Shown one piece after another: positions 48,253-58,673 of a stretch of DNA of 64,000 nucleotides. The stretch is from positions 864,001-928,000 of the forward strand of contig JBLWTJ010000001.1 of NCBI GenBank assembly GCA_048270185.1, in the 5' to 3' direction. The number at the start of each line of letters is the position of its first letter. Within the stretch, counting starts at the first letter, position 1. This DNA is from Bacteriovoracaceae bacterium. GTDB taxonomy: Bacteria; Bdellovibrionota; Bacteriovoracia; Bacteriovoracales; Bacteriovoracaceae. Position numbers and translations under genes: made by a program. The notes below the pieces were generated by a model, which saw only the letters and a list, made by a program, of their open reading frames with translations, was not told the DNA's origin and ran no database searches.

Positions 48253-49440
48253 CTAATCGAGATACTTTTTAATTTCTTCTTCAAAACGATCAAGTACTTT
48301 CTTGTCATAAGTAATTGAGCCATGACCAGAAATACCTTGCCCCTTCATATAGATATTTTCAGCATTCTGCATTGGACTGCCGTGAATTCCAAAACGTGCA
48401 GCATCTCCTCCAACTTTTAATCCTAGGCGATCTTCATTTTGATAGAAGTTTATATGGTTTTCAACATTAGTTGGTTTATATAGTTTATGAGGCTGATCTC
48501 TAGTCCAAACGGCTGAGTATGGATAATCTTTTCCACTACCTCCACTCATTTTCCACTGAAGGTATCTAATTGGTTCACCTGCTTTTTGTGGTACCACTTC
48601 CTCAATGGCATGATGGGCCTCTTTAACAGGGTCAATGGAGAATGCTAAATCAATATGGGCCGAGGGTAAATCCTTCTTAACATGCTCGGCAAACTTTACG
48701 AGTGAGCGTCCACCTGAACTATGACTAACAACAACTACTTTGACTTCAATTCCCATTGCCCAAGCATCTGTCATATAGCTTTTAATACAGTCTCGTGCAT
48801 TTTGAATTCCTTTAGGGTTTGAAGCAATTGAATCCTTTATTTCACCATAGAGTTTTTTCAAAGATAGGCTCTTGGCCTCATCAAGCCCAGCTAATTGCTC
48901 AACTTCCTCAGATGGGAAACTGTACCAATCAACTTTATTTGAGTCTTTAATCTCTGTCAGACTAGACATCACGCCAGCTTGAAGGCCTGACCACTTAGAA
49001 TCCTTTTTCTTATCGGCTTTGTAGATCTCACGAGTCGTGGCATATATTTTAGATGAAATAGTAGAGTCTACTTTTCCATTTCCAAAACACTTATTAAAAA
49101 GTGCCATTGTTCCTGCAACTAGAGGCTCATAAGCCCCAGTACCTTCAAAGGCAATAATCAAAACCTTTGAGTCTTTCGTTGGACTACACAAGTTCATCCT
49201 CTTAGTCACCATATGGCGATCAGGTGCATCTTTCATCTTTGCAATTTTATAGAAATACTCCAAAGACTCTTTTAACTCTTCATTAGTTTTTATCATTGGC
49301 ATTTTGTCACAAAGGGACTGCATACTTGATAACTGCTTAACAGAGTCAAGACTATCTGGAACGTCTTGATTCATACAAGTTGCGGCTTCAACAGAAATAT
49401 AAAAAAATAGTGTCAGAAAAATGCGGCTAAACTTATCCAT
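48253..49440 (-). CDS. Secreted alpha/beta hydrolase-fold protein
   Basis: VVVVSHSSGG nucleophile elbow, SIDPV, INFYQ, C-terminal GH. Confidence 0.65.
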   Translation of the reverse strand: MDKFSRIFLTLFFYISVEAATCMNQDVPDSLDSVKQLSSMQSLCDKMPMIKTNEELKESLEYFYKIAKMKDAPDRHMVTKRMNLCSPTKDSKVLIIAFEGTGAYEPLVAGTMALFNKCFGNGKVDSTISSKIYATTREIYKADKKKDSKWSGLQAGVMSSLTEIKDSNKVDWYSFPSEEVEQLAGLDEAKSLSLKKLYGEIKDSIASNPKGIQNARDCIKSYMTDAWAMGIEVKVVVVSHSSGGRSLVKFAEHVKKDLPSAHIDLAFSIDPVKEAHHAIEEVVPQKAGEPIRYLQWKMSGGSGKDYPYSAVWTRDQPHKLYKPTNVENHINFYQNEDRLGLKVGGDAARFGIHGSPMQNAENIYMKGQGISGHGSITYDKKVLDRFEEEIKKYLD

Positions 49441-49590
49441 ATCCCATTATCGTCCAAAACACTATTGTAGTTAATTTTTATTTAAACTCCTCAAGGATAT
49501 TAGATGCTTATACCTGTAACCTTTGTTATTTCAGAACCTTAGAACAAAAGACTTTAACATGTGTATTAAGTGAAATATAATTTATTCACT

Positions 49591-49959
49591 ATGGCTGTAA
49601 AAAAACTTATCCTAGTCGCAGAAGACGAACCAATATTGAATGAAATGTATGTTGAGACTTTCGAGTCTCTTGGTTATGACAGTGTCGGTGTCCTTGATGG
49701 AGCTGAAGCCTTAAAATATGCCCAATCGAACAAAATTGATTTTGTCGTTACAGATTTAAAAATGCCAAATATGGATGGTGTTACCCTCTTAAAAGAGCTG
49801 AGAAAGATTGACCCAGAGATCCCACCAGTCTTAATTGTAACTGGTTTTGCTGATGAAATTAATAGTCAGAGTGCAATTGATTTAGGTGCCATCGGGCTTA
49901 TTACCAAGCCTTTCAATTTTGATCATGTTATCAACTATATTGAAAATGAGACTGCTTAG
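49591..49959 (+). CDS. Single-domain response regulator (paralog of 43297)
   Basis: AEDE, VTDLKMPNMDG, KPFNFD. Confidence 0.92.
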   Translation: MAVKKLILVAEDEPILNEMYVETFESLGYDSVGVLDGAEALKYAQSNKIDFVVTDLKMPNMDGVTLLKELRKIDPEIPPVLIVTGFADEINSQSAIDLGAIGLITKPFNFDHVINYIENETA

Positions 49960-52921
49960 ACTCAGCAAAGATAATCGTCATAAAATTCTCATGACGTCGT
50001 TAGTGGCCACGACCGCTGTGAGCTTAACAGTCATCATCGGCTGGCTATTAAAAATAGATCTCTTAATTCAATTAAAACCAAATTTTGTTCCAATGCAATT
50101 CAATACTGCCTTAAGCTTTTTTTTAGTAAGTATTGCTCTTTTTACGACCAATATTACGCCTTCATATAAAAAAACAAAGTACGTAGCTGCCATTGCTCTT
50201 TTCTTAATATCCTTTCTGACATTAATACAATATTCAACAGGTGCCAATTTTCATATCGATGAACTCTTTATGAAGCATTATATTCTAGTTAAAACTTCTC
50301 ATCCTGGAAGAATGTCTCCAATAACGGCAGTCTGTTTTGTTATAATTGCGATTACATCTTTAGTTCCAAAATTTAAATTTAAATATATCTACCATACAGA
50401 TATTCAGTTATTTCTAGTTGCGATAATAATTTCATTAAGTGCCACTTCCCTCTTAGGTTATGTAATTGAAGTTGATATTCCCGTTTCTTGGGTAAAGTTC
50501 ACTAAGATGGCCCTTCATACATCCTTTTTATTTTGTCTTATAGGTACAACTCTATACTTTAATATCGTCACGTCATCTAAAAGACCTGAAAGTCGCTGGA
50601 TATCACTTCCAACGACACTAGCTTTACTCATAACATTCACTCTAATTGCACAAATTATTAAACAAAATGAAAGTAATAATATAAAACGCGTGGCCATTCA
50701 TGATGCATCAATTTTGCGAAGTAAGGTCGTATTACTTATTAATGAGAATATTCTGGCATTCAATCGGTTTGCAAATAGACTCGGCAGTCAAAAGGTCTTA
50801 GATTTTGATATCTGGCAAGATGATGCTCGAGCTTATTATCGCGACTTCAAATTTTACGAATCATTAGAGGTAATGAGAGATAATAACACTGATTGGCTAT
50901 TTCCTGACAATCGACTTAATTTTAATCCTGTCGATAAAGAAAACCTTGAAAAGATTAAGGAAGATCTCATCTCAAAATTGACTTTTAGAAGTCAAAATAT
51001 TTTTAGTGAGGTTTACCAAACACATGATAACCGACATCTCACTTATATCGTAACTCCTGTTTATCGTGGAAGTATTTTTATAGCAAACTCAATCGCACTG
51101 ATTAACACTCGAATACTTTTTAGTAAAATATTTGAAGATATGAAGGCTCCTTCCTTTTCAATTGCAGTTTATGAAAAGAATCAGAGAATATTTTCGGTTG
51201 CAAATAAGGATATCAGTACATATCCACCTGTGACATTTCCTCTTATGACAACACTTGGCGGACAGTGGTTTATACGAATTACTCCAACAAAGCAGTACGT
51301 TGAAAAATTAACATCTCCGATGGATGAGATCATCATGATTTTTGGAGTTTGCTTCTCTCTTGTAGGAGGATTACTTGTACATGTTTACCAAAAATCTATA
51401 ATAGCTAAGCATGAAGCACAAAGAGCTGAAAAGATGAAATCCGCAATTCTAGCAAATATGAGTCATGAAATTAGAACACCAATGAATGGAATAATTGGAA
51501 TGACTGAGCTTCTTTCAACAAATATTAAAGACAAAGAAAATTTGAAGAGAATCAACATCATTAAATCGTGTGGAGATTCGCTCTTGCGAATTATTAATGA
51601 TATTCTCGACTTTTCAAAGCTAGAAGCCGGAAAGAATTTAGTTGATGAGAAAACAATCAAAATAAAAGAACTTGTAAAAGAAATTACGGAATTATTCACG
51701 CCAGAGCTCAACAAAAAATCACTTACTCTAGAACTTAAGTTCTCAAAAGATTTTCCTGATTACGTAAAAAGTGATGAACATCGTATCAGACAAATCCTAA
51801 ATAATATTCTCAGTAATGCCATAAAATTCACAAAAGATGGTGGTATAACTATTGATGCAACAGCAACAACATTGAACTCCGACACTATTGAGCTTAGCTT
51901 CAAAGTAATCGACACCGGAATCGGAATTAATAAAGCTGACCTACCTAAACTATTTCAAGACTTCTCTCAAGTGGACTCATCCACAACAAGAAGATTTGGT
52001 GGTACAGGACTAGGTCTTTCAATTACAAAAAAGTTAGTTGAAATGCTTGGTGGAGAGATTTCAGTTCGAAGTACTCCTCAAGTAGGAACCGAGTTTGATT
52101 TTTCGATAAGAACATATCTTGTCTCAGCTAATGAGATTGAAAAATCACAATTAGATAAAACGACTGATATTAAATATAAGCAAGAGTTTAGTGTTCTTGT
52201 TGTTGACGACAATGAAATAAACCGAAATGTGGCCAAGGGTTTATTAGAAAAATTTAATTGTAATGTTTCCTTTGCAACAAATGGAAAAATGGCCATTGAA
52301 TCAGTAGCAAATGAAAATTATGATCTAGTCTTTATGGACTGCCACATGCCTATCCTTGACGGTTTTGCAGCAACACAAGCGATCATCCAAGAACAAGGAG
52401 AAAAGAGACCTGTGATCATTGCCCTAAGTGCAAGTACAATGCAAGAAGATATAAAAAGATGCAAAGATGCCGGTATGGACGACTTCCTCTCAAAGCCAAT
52501 AACACTGAAGTCAGTATTTGATGTTGTATCAAAGTATAAAGAAATCCATTTAAATAAAACTGAAGAAATTAATCAGAAAAAAAGATTTACAAATAATTTA
52601 ATGGAGCTCTTTGATAATGATACCCATCTTTTGAAAGATTCAATTGAGCTCTTACTAAGAAATTATAATCAAATGCTCGTGAATATTCTTATGGCCATTG
52701 ATGAACAGAATAAAAGTAAATTAAAGTTAACAGCTCATACTTTCAAAGGCGCTATTTCAAATTTTCATATACACTCGGCCATGAAAATTGCCCAACAAAT
52801 CGAAAAAGATGCTGACAATGACAATTTTAAGAATGCAAGGGATCACTATACTGAGTTAGTGGAATTATCAGAAGAAATAAAAGGCGACTTGTCCGAATTA
52901 ATAAAAGAGATGAACACATGA
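49946..52921 (+). CDS. Multi-TM hybrid histidine kinase (paralog of 43675)
   Basis: ANMSHEIRTPMNG, GGTGLGL, MDCHMP, AHTFKG HPt; CHASE-like sensor (WQDDARAY..DF). Confidence 0.92.
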   Translation: MRLLRLSKDNRHKILMTSLVATTAVSLTVIIGWLLKIDLLIQLKPNFVPMQFNTALSFFLVSIALFTTNITPSYKKTKYVAAIALFLISFLTLIQYSTGANFHIDELFMKHYILVKTSHPGRMSPITAVCFVIIAITSLVPKFKFKYIYHTDIQLFLVAIIISLSATSLLGYVIEVDIPVSWVKFTKMALHTSFLFCLIGTTLYFNIVTSSKRPESRWISLPTTLALLITFTLIAQIIKQNESNNIKRVAIHDASILRSKVVLLINENILAFNRFANRLGSQKVLDFDIWQDDARAYYRDFKFYESLEVMRDNNTDWLFPDNRLNFNPVDKENLEKIKEDLISKLTFRSQNIFSEVYQTHDNRHLTYIVTPVYRGSIFIANSIALINTRILFSKIFEDMKAPSFSIAVYEKNQRIFSVANKDISTYPPVTFPLMTTLGGQWFIRITPTKQYVEKLTSPMDEIIMIFGVCFSLVGGLLVHVYQKSIIAKHEAQRAEKMKSAILANMSHEIRTPMNGIIGMTELLSTNIKDKENLKRINIIKSCGDSLLRIINDILDFSKLEAGKNLVDEKTIKIKELVKEITELFTPELNKKSLTLELKFSKDFPDYVKSDEHRIRQILNNILSNAIKFTKDGGITIDATATTLNSDTIELSFKVIDTGIGINKADLPKLFQDFSQVDSSTTRRFGGTGLGLSITKKLVEMLGGEISVRSTPQVGTEFDFSIRTYLVSANEIEKSQLDKTTDIKYKQEFSVLVVDDNEINRNVAKGLLEKFNCNVSFATNGKMAIESVANENYDLVFMDCHMPILDGFAATQAIIQEQGEKRPVIIALSASTMQEDIKRCKDAGMDDFLSKPITLKSVFDVVSKYKEIHLNKTEEINQKKRFTNNLMELFDNDTHLLKDSIELLLRNYNQMLVNILMAIDEQNKSKLKLTAHTFKGAISNFHIHSAMKIAQQIEKDADNDNFKNARDHYTELVELSEEIKGDLSELIKEMNT

Positions 52922-53592
52922 ACAGCTTAAAAAAAATCTTAATTATCGATGATGAAGAAATCACAACTCATATAATCTCTCAGAAAATTCAAAAGAAGGG
53001 ATATAATGTTACAGTTCTTAATCAGGCACATAAAGTAATTAAGGATTTAAGTCTCTTGAAAGACTTTGATTTAATTCTACTTGATATTGTGATGCCTGAA
53101 ACATCTGGAATAGAAATATTAAAGTTGATTAGAAATAGTCAAGAATACCAACACGTTCCAATAATTATGATGACAGCACAAAGTTCTGTTGAAGATGTTG
53201 TTAACGCATTAGAGCTTGGAGCCAATGACTATATCTCAAAACCAGTAAACTTCGACATTCTAATATCGCGAATTAACACTCAATATCGACTTCTAGAGCT
53301 ACGTCAAGAACAAGAGCAAAGAAAACAAGTTGAAGCTATTAATGCTATGGTTGCAACTTATCATCATGAGCTCAACACTCCACTATCGATTGCATTTTCG
53401 TCATTAGAGAAAATAAAAAAAGAAAATCAAGAAAATATCAATATCGAAAGGTTAGAATTTTCACTGTACCGTATTTCCAATATTATTGAAAAAATTCAAC
53501 GAGTTAAGGAATCATCTGAAATATCTTTCAAACAATATATGAGTGATTCTCAGATGGTTGATTTAGAAGACAAAGAAGACAAAGAAGATTAA
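52918..53592 (+). CDS. Response regulator with HisKA-like tail lacking ATPase
   Basis: LLDIVMP, GANDYISKP; TYHHELNTPL; no HATPase boxes. Confidence 0.85.
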   Translation: MNSLKKILIIDDEEITTHIISQKIQKKGYNVTVLNQAHKVIKDLSLLKDFDLILLDIVMPETSGIEILKLIRNSQEYQHVPIIMMTAQSSVEDVVNALELGANDYISKPVNFDILISRINTQYRLLELRQEQEQRKQVEAINAMVATYHHELNTPLSIAFSSLEKIKKENQENINIERLEFSLYRISNIIEKIQRVKESSEISFKQYMSDSQMVDLEDKEDKED

Positions 53593-54920
53593 GTCTGATT
53601 CCACTCTGTTTTTAACTCTTTAATTCGTTTAACAAAGAGAAAAGTTAAAATTGACGAAACAATAGTTAGCCCTATTGCAAGACCGGCCCACAGGCCAGCG
53701 GCTTCCATATTGAACTTATATGTTAAGAAAAGTCCTGCAGGAATTGCAATCAACCAATATCCACAAAATGAAAAGATCATTGGGAGCTTACTCATTCCAA
53801 GCCCTCTAAGAATTCCCCACATCGTAATCTGAAGCCCATCAGGTATTTGAAAAAGAGCGACATATAAGAAGAGACTACTTCCATAAGCAATAACCGCTTG
53901 ATCATTTGAGAAGAGTCCTACTAGGATTTCAGGAAATAAAAAATAAAAAGTTGCTGTAATTAGCATATAAGTTTCTGCCATAAAAATACAGCCATAGGCA
54001 TAATTCTTGATCATTTCAAGGTCACGTCGCCCAAGAGCATAGCCGACTTTTACACCAGCAGCTCCATTGATACCAAGTGGAACCATAAATGTAAGCCCTG
54101 CAATAGTCAGAACAACATTGTGTGAAGCTGAAGCAACAAGAGTCATTCGCCCAATTAGAACAGTTACAGTTGAGAACATAAGAACTTCGATAAAAGTCCC
54201 AAGTCCAACAGGAATTCCTAATTTAATAAGTCTTTTAAAAGATTCTTTATTGAAGTGAGTCTCGATTGGCAGAACACGATAAGCGTAAATAAAGATCACA
54301 ATAGCAAGAATTGTTCGTGTCACAACTGTTGCAATGGCCGCACCTTTGATCCCTAATTCAGGGAACGGCCCAATACCAAACATCAAAACATAGTTCATAA
54401 TAAGGTTCACTACATTCATGAAGATAATGAGAATATTTGCAAAGACTGTTTTTTCAAATGCTTGTAAATATTCTTTAATCATCTGAAAGATCAAACCTGG
54501 TAAGATCGAAATATTCACCCAAAAGAGGTAAGTCTCCACTAGAGGAACGATTTTAGGAGTTAGTCCAATATCACTAACAAAGAATGTAAATAGATAAAGG
54601 GCCGCACAAAGTAGAGCGCTTAAGACCAGCGCTAAGCTCATTCCACTTCCCCACACTCCATTAGCATGAGGGTTAGAGTCTTCTCCACGCATTTGGGCCG
54701 TCACAGAACTAACAGAAAATAATGTTGAAACACCAACCATAATGAAAGGAGATAGGATTCCGGCCGCAACACCAATAGAAGAGACAGCTTCAGTTGAGTA
54801 CTTTCCTGCAACAAAGATATCACCAACACTAAAGAGCATTTGACCAACTTGTCCGATGACGAGTGGGATTGTGAAATATAATAACTCTTTGAGTCTTTTC
54901 TTTGTTGTTTGAACTACCAT
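53589..54920 (-). CDS. MATE family efflux transporter (NorM-like)
   Basis: 12-TM pattern, PELGIKGAAIAT, FMVPLG, FQIPDGLQ. Confidence 0.92.
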   Translation of the reverse strand: MVVQTTKKRLKELLYFTIPLVIGQVGQMLFSVGDIFVAGKYSTEAVSSIGVAAGILSPFIMVGVSTLFSVSSVTAQMRGEDSNPHANGVWGSGMSLALVLSALLCAALYLFTFFVSDIGLTPKIVPLVETYLFWVNISILPGLIFQMIKEYLQAFEKTVFANILIIFMNVVNLIMNYVLMFGIGPFPELGIKGAAIATVVTRTILAIVIFIYAYRVLPIETHFNKESFKRLIKLGIPVGLGTFIEVLMFSTVTVLIGRMTLVASASHNVVLTIAGLTFMVPLGINGAAGVKVGYALGRRDLEMIKNYAYGCIFMAETYMLITATFYFLFPEILVGLFSNDQAVIAYGSSLFLYVALFQIPDGLQITMWGILRGLGMSKLPMIFSFCGYWLIAIPAGLFLTYKFNMEAAGLWAGLAIGLTIVSSILTFLFVKRIKELKTEWNQT

Positions 54921-55032
54921 AACGATTTAGTTTATACCTTAATTTTTAAATATCTGGCATACAAAAATTGTAACTAAATAAACTTTAAAAATGGCCCTGT
55001 GTTTCGTAAAATAGGATCACGAAGGAGCAAAT

Positions 55033-56307
55033 GTGAAAATCATATCAAATGCAAAAGAAGCACTCTCAGTTGTCTATTCCAACTCAAATATTTTTATTCA
55101 CGGAGGAGATGCAACTCCGACAGACTTAATTGACGGCCTTATTGAAAATGCCCATAAATTAAAGAATGTCACAATTTCTCACCTCCACACTCATGGTGAT
55201 GTGAAGTATGCTGCTGATGAATTTGATGGTATTTTCAATATAGTAAACCTCTTTGTTGGTGGTAACGTTAGAAAGTATATTAACTACGATCGTATTGATT
55301 ATCTCCCATGTTTTCTATCTGAGATACCAAATCTCTTTCGCTCAAAAAGAATTGAGCTAGACTTTGCCCTCATCCAAGTAAGTCCACCTGATGAACATGG
55401 ATTTTGTACTCTTGGAACTTCAGTTGATGTGGCCAAGGCAGCAGTCGACAGTGCAAAGCATGTCATTGCTCAAATAAATCCATATATGCCAAGAGTTCAC
55501 GGCGATGGCTTCATTCACGTAAACGATATCGACTACGCCATTGAGGTTAATCATCCAATTGTAAATGGCCACTCTCTATCTCTTAGTGAAGAAGATTTAA
55601 AAATTGGTCAAATAACAGCTTCACTCATTGAAGATGGAGCAACTCTTCAAATGGGGATAGGAAGTATTCCTGATGCAGTCCTAGCAAGTCTAACTAATCA
55701 TAAGAACCTGGGGATTCATACAGAGATGTGGTCTAATGGTGCACTCGAACTTTTAAAGAATGGAACTGTTAATAATTCGCAAAAGAAGGTTCACCGAGGA
55801 AAAACAGTGAGCTCATTTATTGTCGGTGGAAAAGAAGTTCATGACTTTATCAATGATAACCCTAGTGTAATTCAACTAGAAGCCGACTACGTCAACAACC
55901 CTAGTATTATCAAACGAAACCCAAAAGTCTGTGCCATCAATAGTGCCGTTGAAGTGGATCTAACAGGACAGGTTTGTGCTGACTCGATAGGACATCGAAT
56001 TATTTCAGGTGTTGGAGGACAAATGGACTTCATGCGCGGCTCAAGTCTTTCTGAAGGAGGAAAGCCAATCATTGTTATCAATTCAAAGAGCTCTAAGGGA
56101 TTTAGTAAGATCGTTCCGACACTAAGGCCAGGAGCAGGAGTTGTGACGACAAGATCACACGTACACTATGTGGTGACTGAATTTGGGGTTGCAGATCTCT
56201 ACGGAAAGACGCTTAAGCAAAGAGCGAGTGAGCTAATTAAAATAGCTCACCCTGATGAGAGAGAAGCCTTAGAAAAGGCATGGTATGAAACACACCACTG
56301 CTACTGA
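55033..56307 (+). CDS. Acetyl-CoA hydrolase / 4-hydroxybutyrate CoA-transferase family
   Basis: LQMGIGSIPDAV, GIHTEM, EVDLTGQVCADS, SGVGGQMDF. Confidence 0.92.
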   Translation: MKIISNAKEALSVVYSNSNIFIHGGDATPTDLIDGLIENAHKLKNVTISHLHTHGDVKYAADEFDGIFNIVNLFVGGNVRKYINYDRIDYLPCFLSEIPNLFRSKRIELDFALIQVSPPDEHGFCTLGTSVDVAKAAVDSAKHVIAQINPYMPRVHGDGFIHVNDIDYAIEVNHPIVNGHSLSLSEEDLKIGQITASLIEDGATLQMGIGSIPDAVLASLTNHKNLGIHTEMWSNGALELLKNGTVNNSQKKVHRGKTVSSFIVGGKEVHDFINDNPSVIQLEADYVNNPSIIKRNPKVCAINSAVEVDLTGQVCADSIGHRIISGVGGQMDFMRGSSLSEGGKPIIVINSKSSKGFSKIVPTLRPGAGVVTTRSHVHYVVTEFGVADLYGKTLKQRASELIKIAHPDEREALEKAWYETHHCY

Positions 56308-56831
56308 ACAGTTGGTTGCTCACAAAGAAGCTCAACCATTCCCTCTGAATCTAATTTTGAGTTAGCAATTTTTAAATCAACTCTCTTAAAGATAAATAAA
56401 GAAATAAATGAACGCAGATTTAAAATATAGTCTTGTTCATTGCCATTGATCTTTACAGTGTCATCAGTGACATACTTTTCATAAATTTCTCTAAAACCAG
56501 AAGAGTCAACAGTTAGAAGCATAATGATAATTGCATTCTGCTGACTCGTTTTTTCGACACTTTCTTGGATAATTAAAGTAAGTTCATTGAGATTCTCGTA
56601 TGAACGAGATGCTATATCTTTAATCTGAGCACAAAGCTGTTGCACGCAGAATTCACCACAAGTTCTAATAAACTCTTCTTTCGAGCCAAAGTGATAAAGT
56701 ACCGAAGAAACGTTAATTTCTGCTTTCTTAGCTATATCACGAAGGCTAATTCCATAGACTCCATGCTCGGCCATGAGAGGGATCGCCACATCAATTAAAT
56801 TTTGTTTTGTTGTTTTTGTTGCCGTCATCAA
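56301..56831 (-). CDS. TetR family regulator
   Basis: GISLRDIAKKAEINVSSVLYHFGSKEE. Confidence 0.88.
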   Translation of the reverse strand: MMTATKTTKQNLIDVAIPLMAEHGVYGISLRDIAKKAEINVSSVLYHFGSKEEFIRTCGEFCVQQLCAQIKDIASRSYENLNELTLIIQESVEKTSQQNAIIIMLLTVDSSGFREIYEKYVTDDTVKINGNEQDYILNLRSFISLFIFKRVDLKIANSKLDSEGMVELLCEQPTVQ

Positions 56832-56854
56832 TACTTTTTCCTTGCAGAAAAATT

Positions 56855-56888
56855 GTTAAGGTGTTAACTATATAGTTAATATATTAAC
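56855..56888. promoter_or_regulatory. Tandem operator boxes between divergent tetR and marR
   Basis: GTTAA-GGTG-TTAAC (56855-56868) and GTTAA-TATA-TTAAC (56875-56888). Confidence 0.6.
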
Positions 56889-56903
56889 CAAACGGGAGTA
56901 AAT

Positions 56904-57356
56904 ATGTCAATAGTTAACCTACCGCAAATTGAACACAAAATTGTCGGGAGAATGCTTAGAACAGTAAGAATCCTTGAAAAGATGATATCTGAAGAAGTTT
57001 CCCAATATAAACTTACAAAGCCTCAAATGGATGTTTTAGTTATTCTTAAATATTCAGATCAAGAGTCAGTCACGACAACTGAGCTAGCTGAGGAATTATT
57101 CGTTTCAAAGGCCAATATCACAGGAATCGTGACTCGTCTTGAAAACGCCAATCTTATTCAGAAAGTAACTGATCCAAATGATACTCGTTCAAAGAAGATT
57201 ACAGTGACTGAAGAAGGTGAAGCCTTAATTGAGAAAGTTATTCCACGTTATTTTTCAATGGGCGTTGAAGCTTTCTCAAACCTTAGCCAAGAAGAAAAAG
57301 AAAAACTACTCGCACAACTTTTATATATCGAAGAGTTTTACAGCGCACGCAGATAG
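56904..57356 (+). CDS. MarR family regulator
   Basis: LTKPQMDVL...ELAEEL.VSKANIT....RLE...D..DTRSK. Confidence 0.92.
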   Translation: MSIVNLPQIEHKIVGRMLRTVRILEKMISEEVSQYKLTKPQMDVLVILKYSDQESVTTTELAEELFVSKANITGIVTRLENANLIQKVTDPNDTRSKKITVTEEGEALIEKVIPRYFSMGVEAFSNLSQEEKEKLLAQLLYIEEFYSARR

Positions 57357-57377
57357 TAAAACCTTTAGGAGACGCAC

Positions 57378-58673
57378 ATGAGAAAAATCTCAATAGCTTT
57401 GCTGTTGCTGATAGCAGGCACTCAAGTTCTAGCAGAACAATACCGTTTAACGGAAGAATCGGTCATTGAATTGGCCGTCAAAAGAAATGAACAAATAGGA
57501 ATTGCAAGACAAGAAATTGAGCAGGCCAATGAAAAACTTAGCTCTGCCTACTCTAACCTATTTCCTGTCTTATCAATTACGGCCGGTGTATCTAAGGCCG
57601 ATGGAAGTGGAAACTTTGCTCCAAATGCCTATGACTGGAGAAGAAACGCCAGTATTAGATTAACTCAACCTATTTATACATTTGGCAAGATATCAAGTGG
57701 AATTGATATTACTAAATCAGCACAAAAAATTAGTGAATTAAACAGTGTTGTAACGACAGCAGATGTTATCAACACTGCACGCAAGCTCTACTATGTTGTA
57801 CTCTTTAACCGTGACCTTGTTGAAATCACGACTCAATCATATAAGAACGCAGTCGATAATAAGAATGCTCTGGAAGGACGCGTCTCTTTTGGACGTATTT
57901 CTAGAAATGATAACTTAAAGATGCAGGCCGACCTTGCTTCAAGAAAGCCTGAAATGATTGTAGCAAAGAAAAACCTTGAAACATCAATTCTAGACCTTAA
58001 AAACTTTTTGGCCTTATCAGAAGATGACAAAGTAAAAATCATTCACCATTACAATGACAAAAAAGAAATTCAAAAAGTTCCTCCAAGTCTTAGCAAGCTT
58101 GAAGAGACAGTTGATGTAAAGATCTTGAAGGAAAATGTTGCTCTTTCGGACCTCTCAATTGATTTAGCAAAGAGCCAGAGACTTCCCGACTTAGCACTAT
58201 TTGGCTCATACTCTCCAACAACATACCGAGACTCAATTGATGGAGATATCTTAAAAGAACAAAGTGATTTAACGATTGGACTTTCATTAACTTTTGATTG
58301 GGACCTCGGAGGAAGTAAGAACTCGGAAGTTGCAGTTAAAAGAAGTCAGGCCATCGTCGCTAAGCTACAATTTGACCAAGTTAAGAGAAATATCAAAACA
58401 GAATACCTAAAACTTGAAGCAGAATTTGACAGTCTCAATGAAAGAGCAAAGGCAGAACAAGAAGCTGTAAAACTTGCGGCATCCTCTTATAAAGTTGCAC
58501 TTTCTGCCTTTAAGACAGGAGGAGTATCTCAACTGCAACTAAATGACAGTGAACAACTTCTAACAAGAAACCGTCTAAGCTTAGCACAGACAAAATTAAG
58601 AATAAAAAACACTTACTCTGATATGGAGAGACTTCTTACGAGCGATAGTTCAAAACAAGAAGGAGATAAATAA
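57378..58673 (+). CDS. TolC family outer membrane efflux protein
   Basis: LFPVLS...LTQPIYTFG, LPDLAL, two OEP repeats. Confidence 0.88.
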   Translation: MRKISIALLLLIAGTQVLAEQYRLTEESVIELAVKRNEQIGIARQEIEQANEKLSSAYSNLFPVLSITAGVSKADGSGNFAPNAYDWRRNASIRLTQPIYTFGKISSGIDITKSAQKISELNSVVTTADVINTARKLYYVVLFNRDLVEITTQSYKNAVDNKNALEGRVSFGRISRNDNLKMQADLASRKPEMIVAKKNLETSILDLKNFLALSEDDKVKIIHHYNDKKEIQKVPPSLSKLEETVDVKILKENVALSDLSIDLAKSQRLPDLALFGSYSPTTYRDSIDGDILKEQSDLTIGLSLTFDWDLGGSKNSEVAVKRSQAIVAKLQFDQVKRNIKTEYLKLEAEFDSLNERAKAEQEAVKLAASSYKVALSAFKTGGVSQLQLNDSEQLLTRNRLSLAQTKLRIKNTYSDMERLLTSDSSKQEGDK

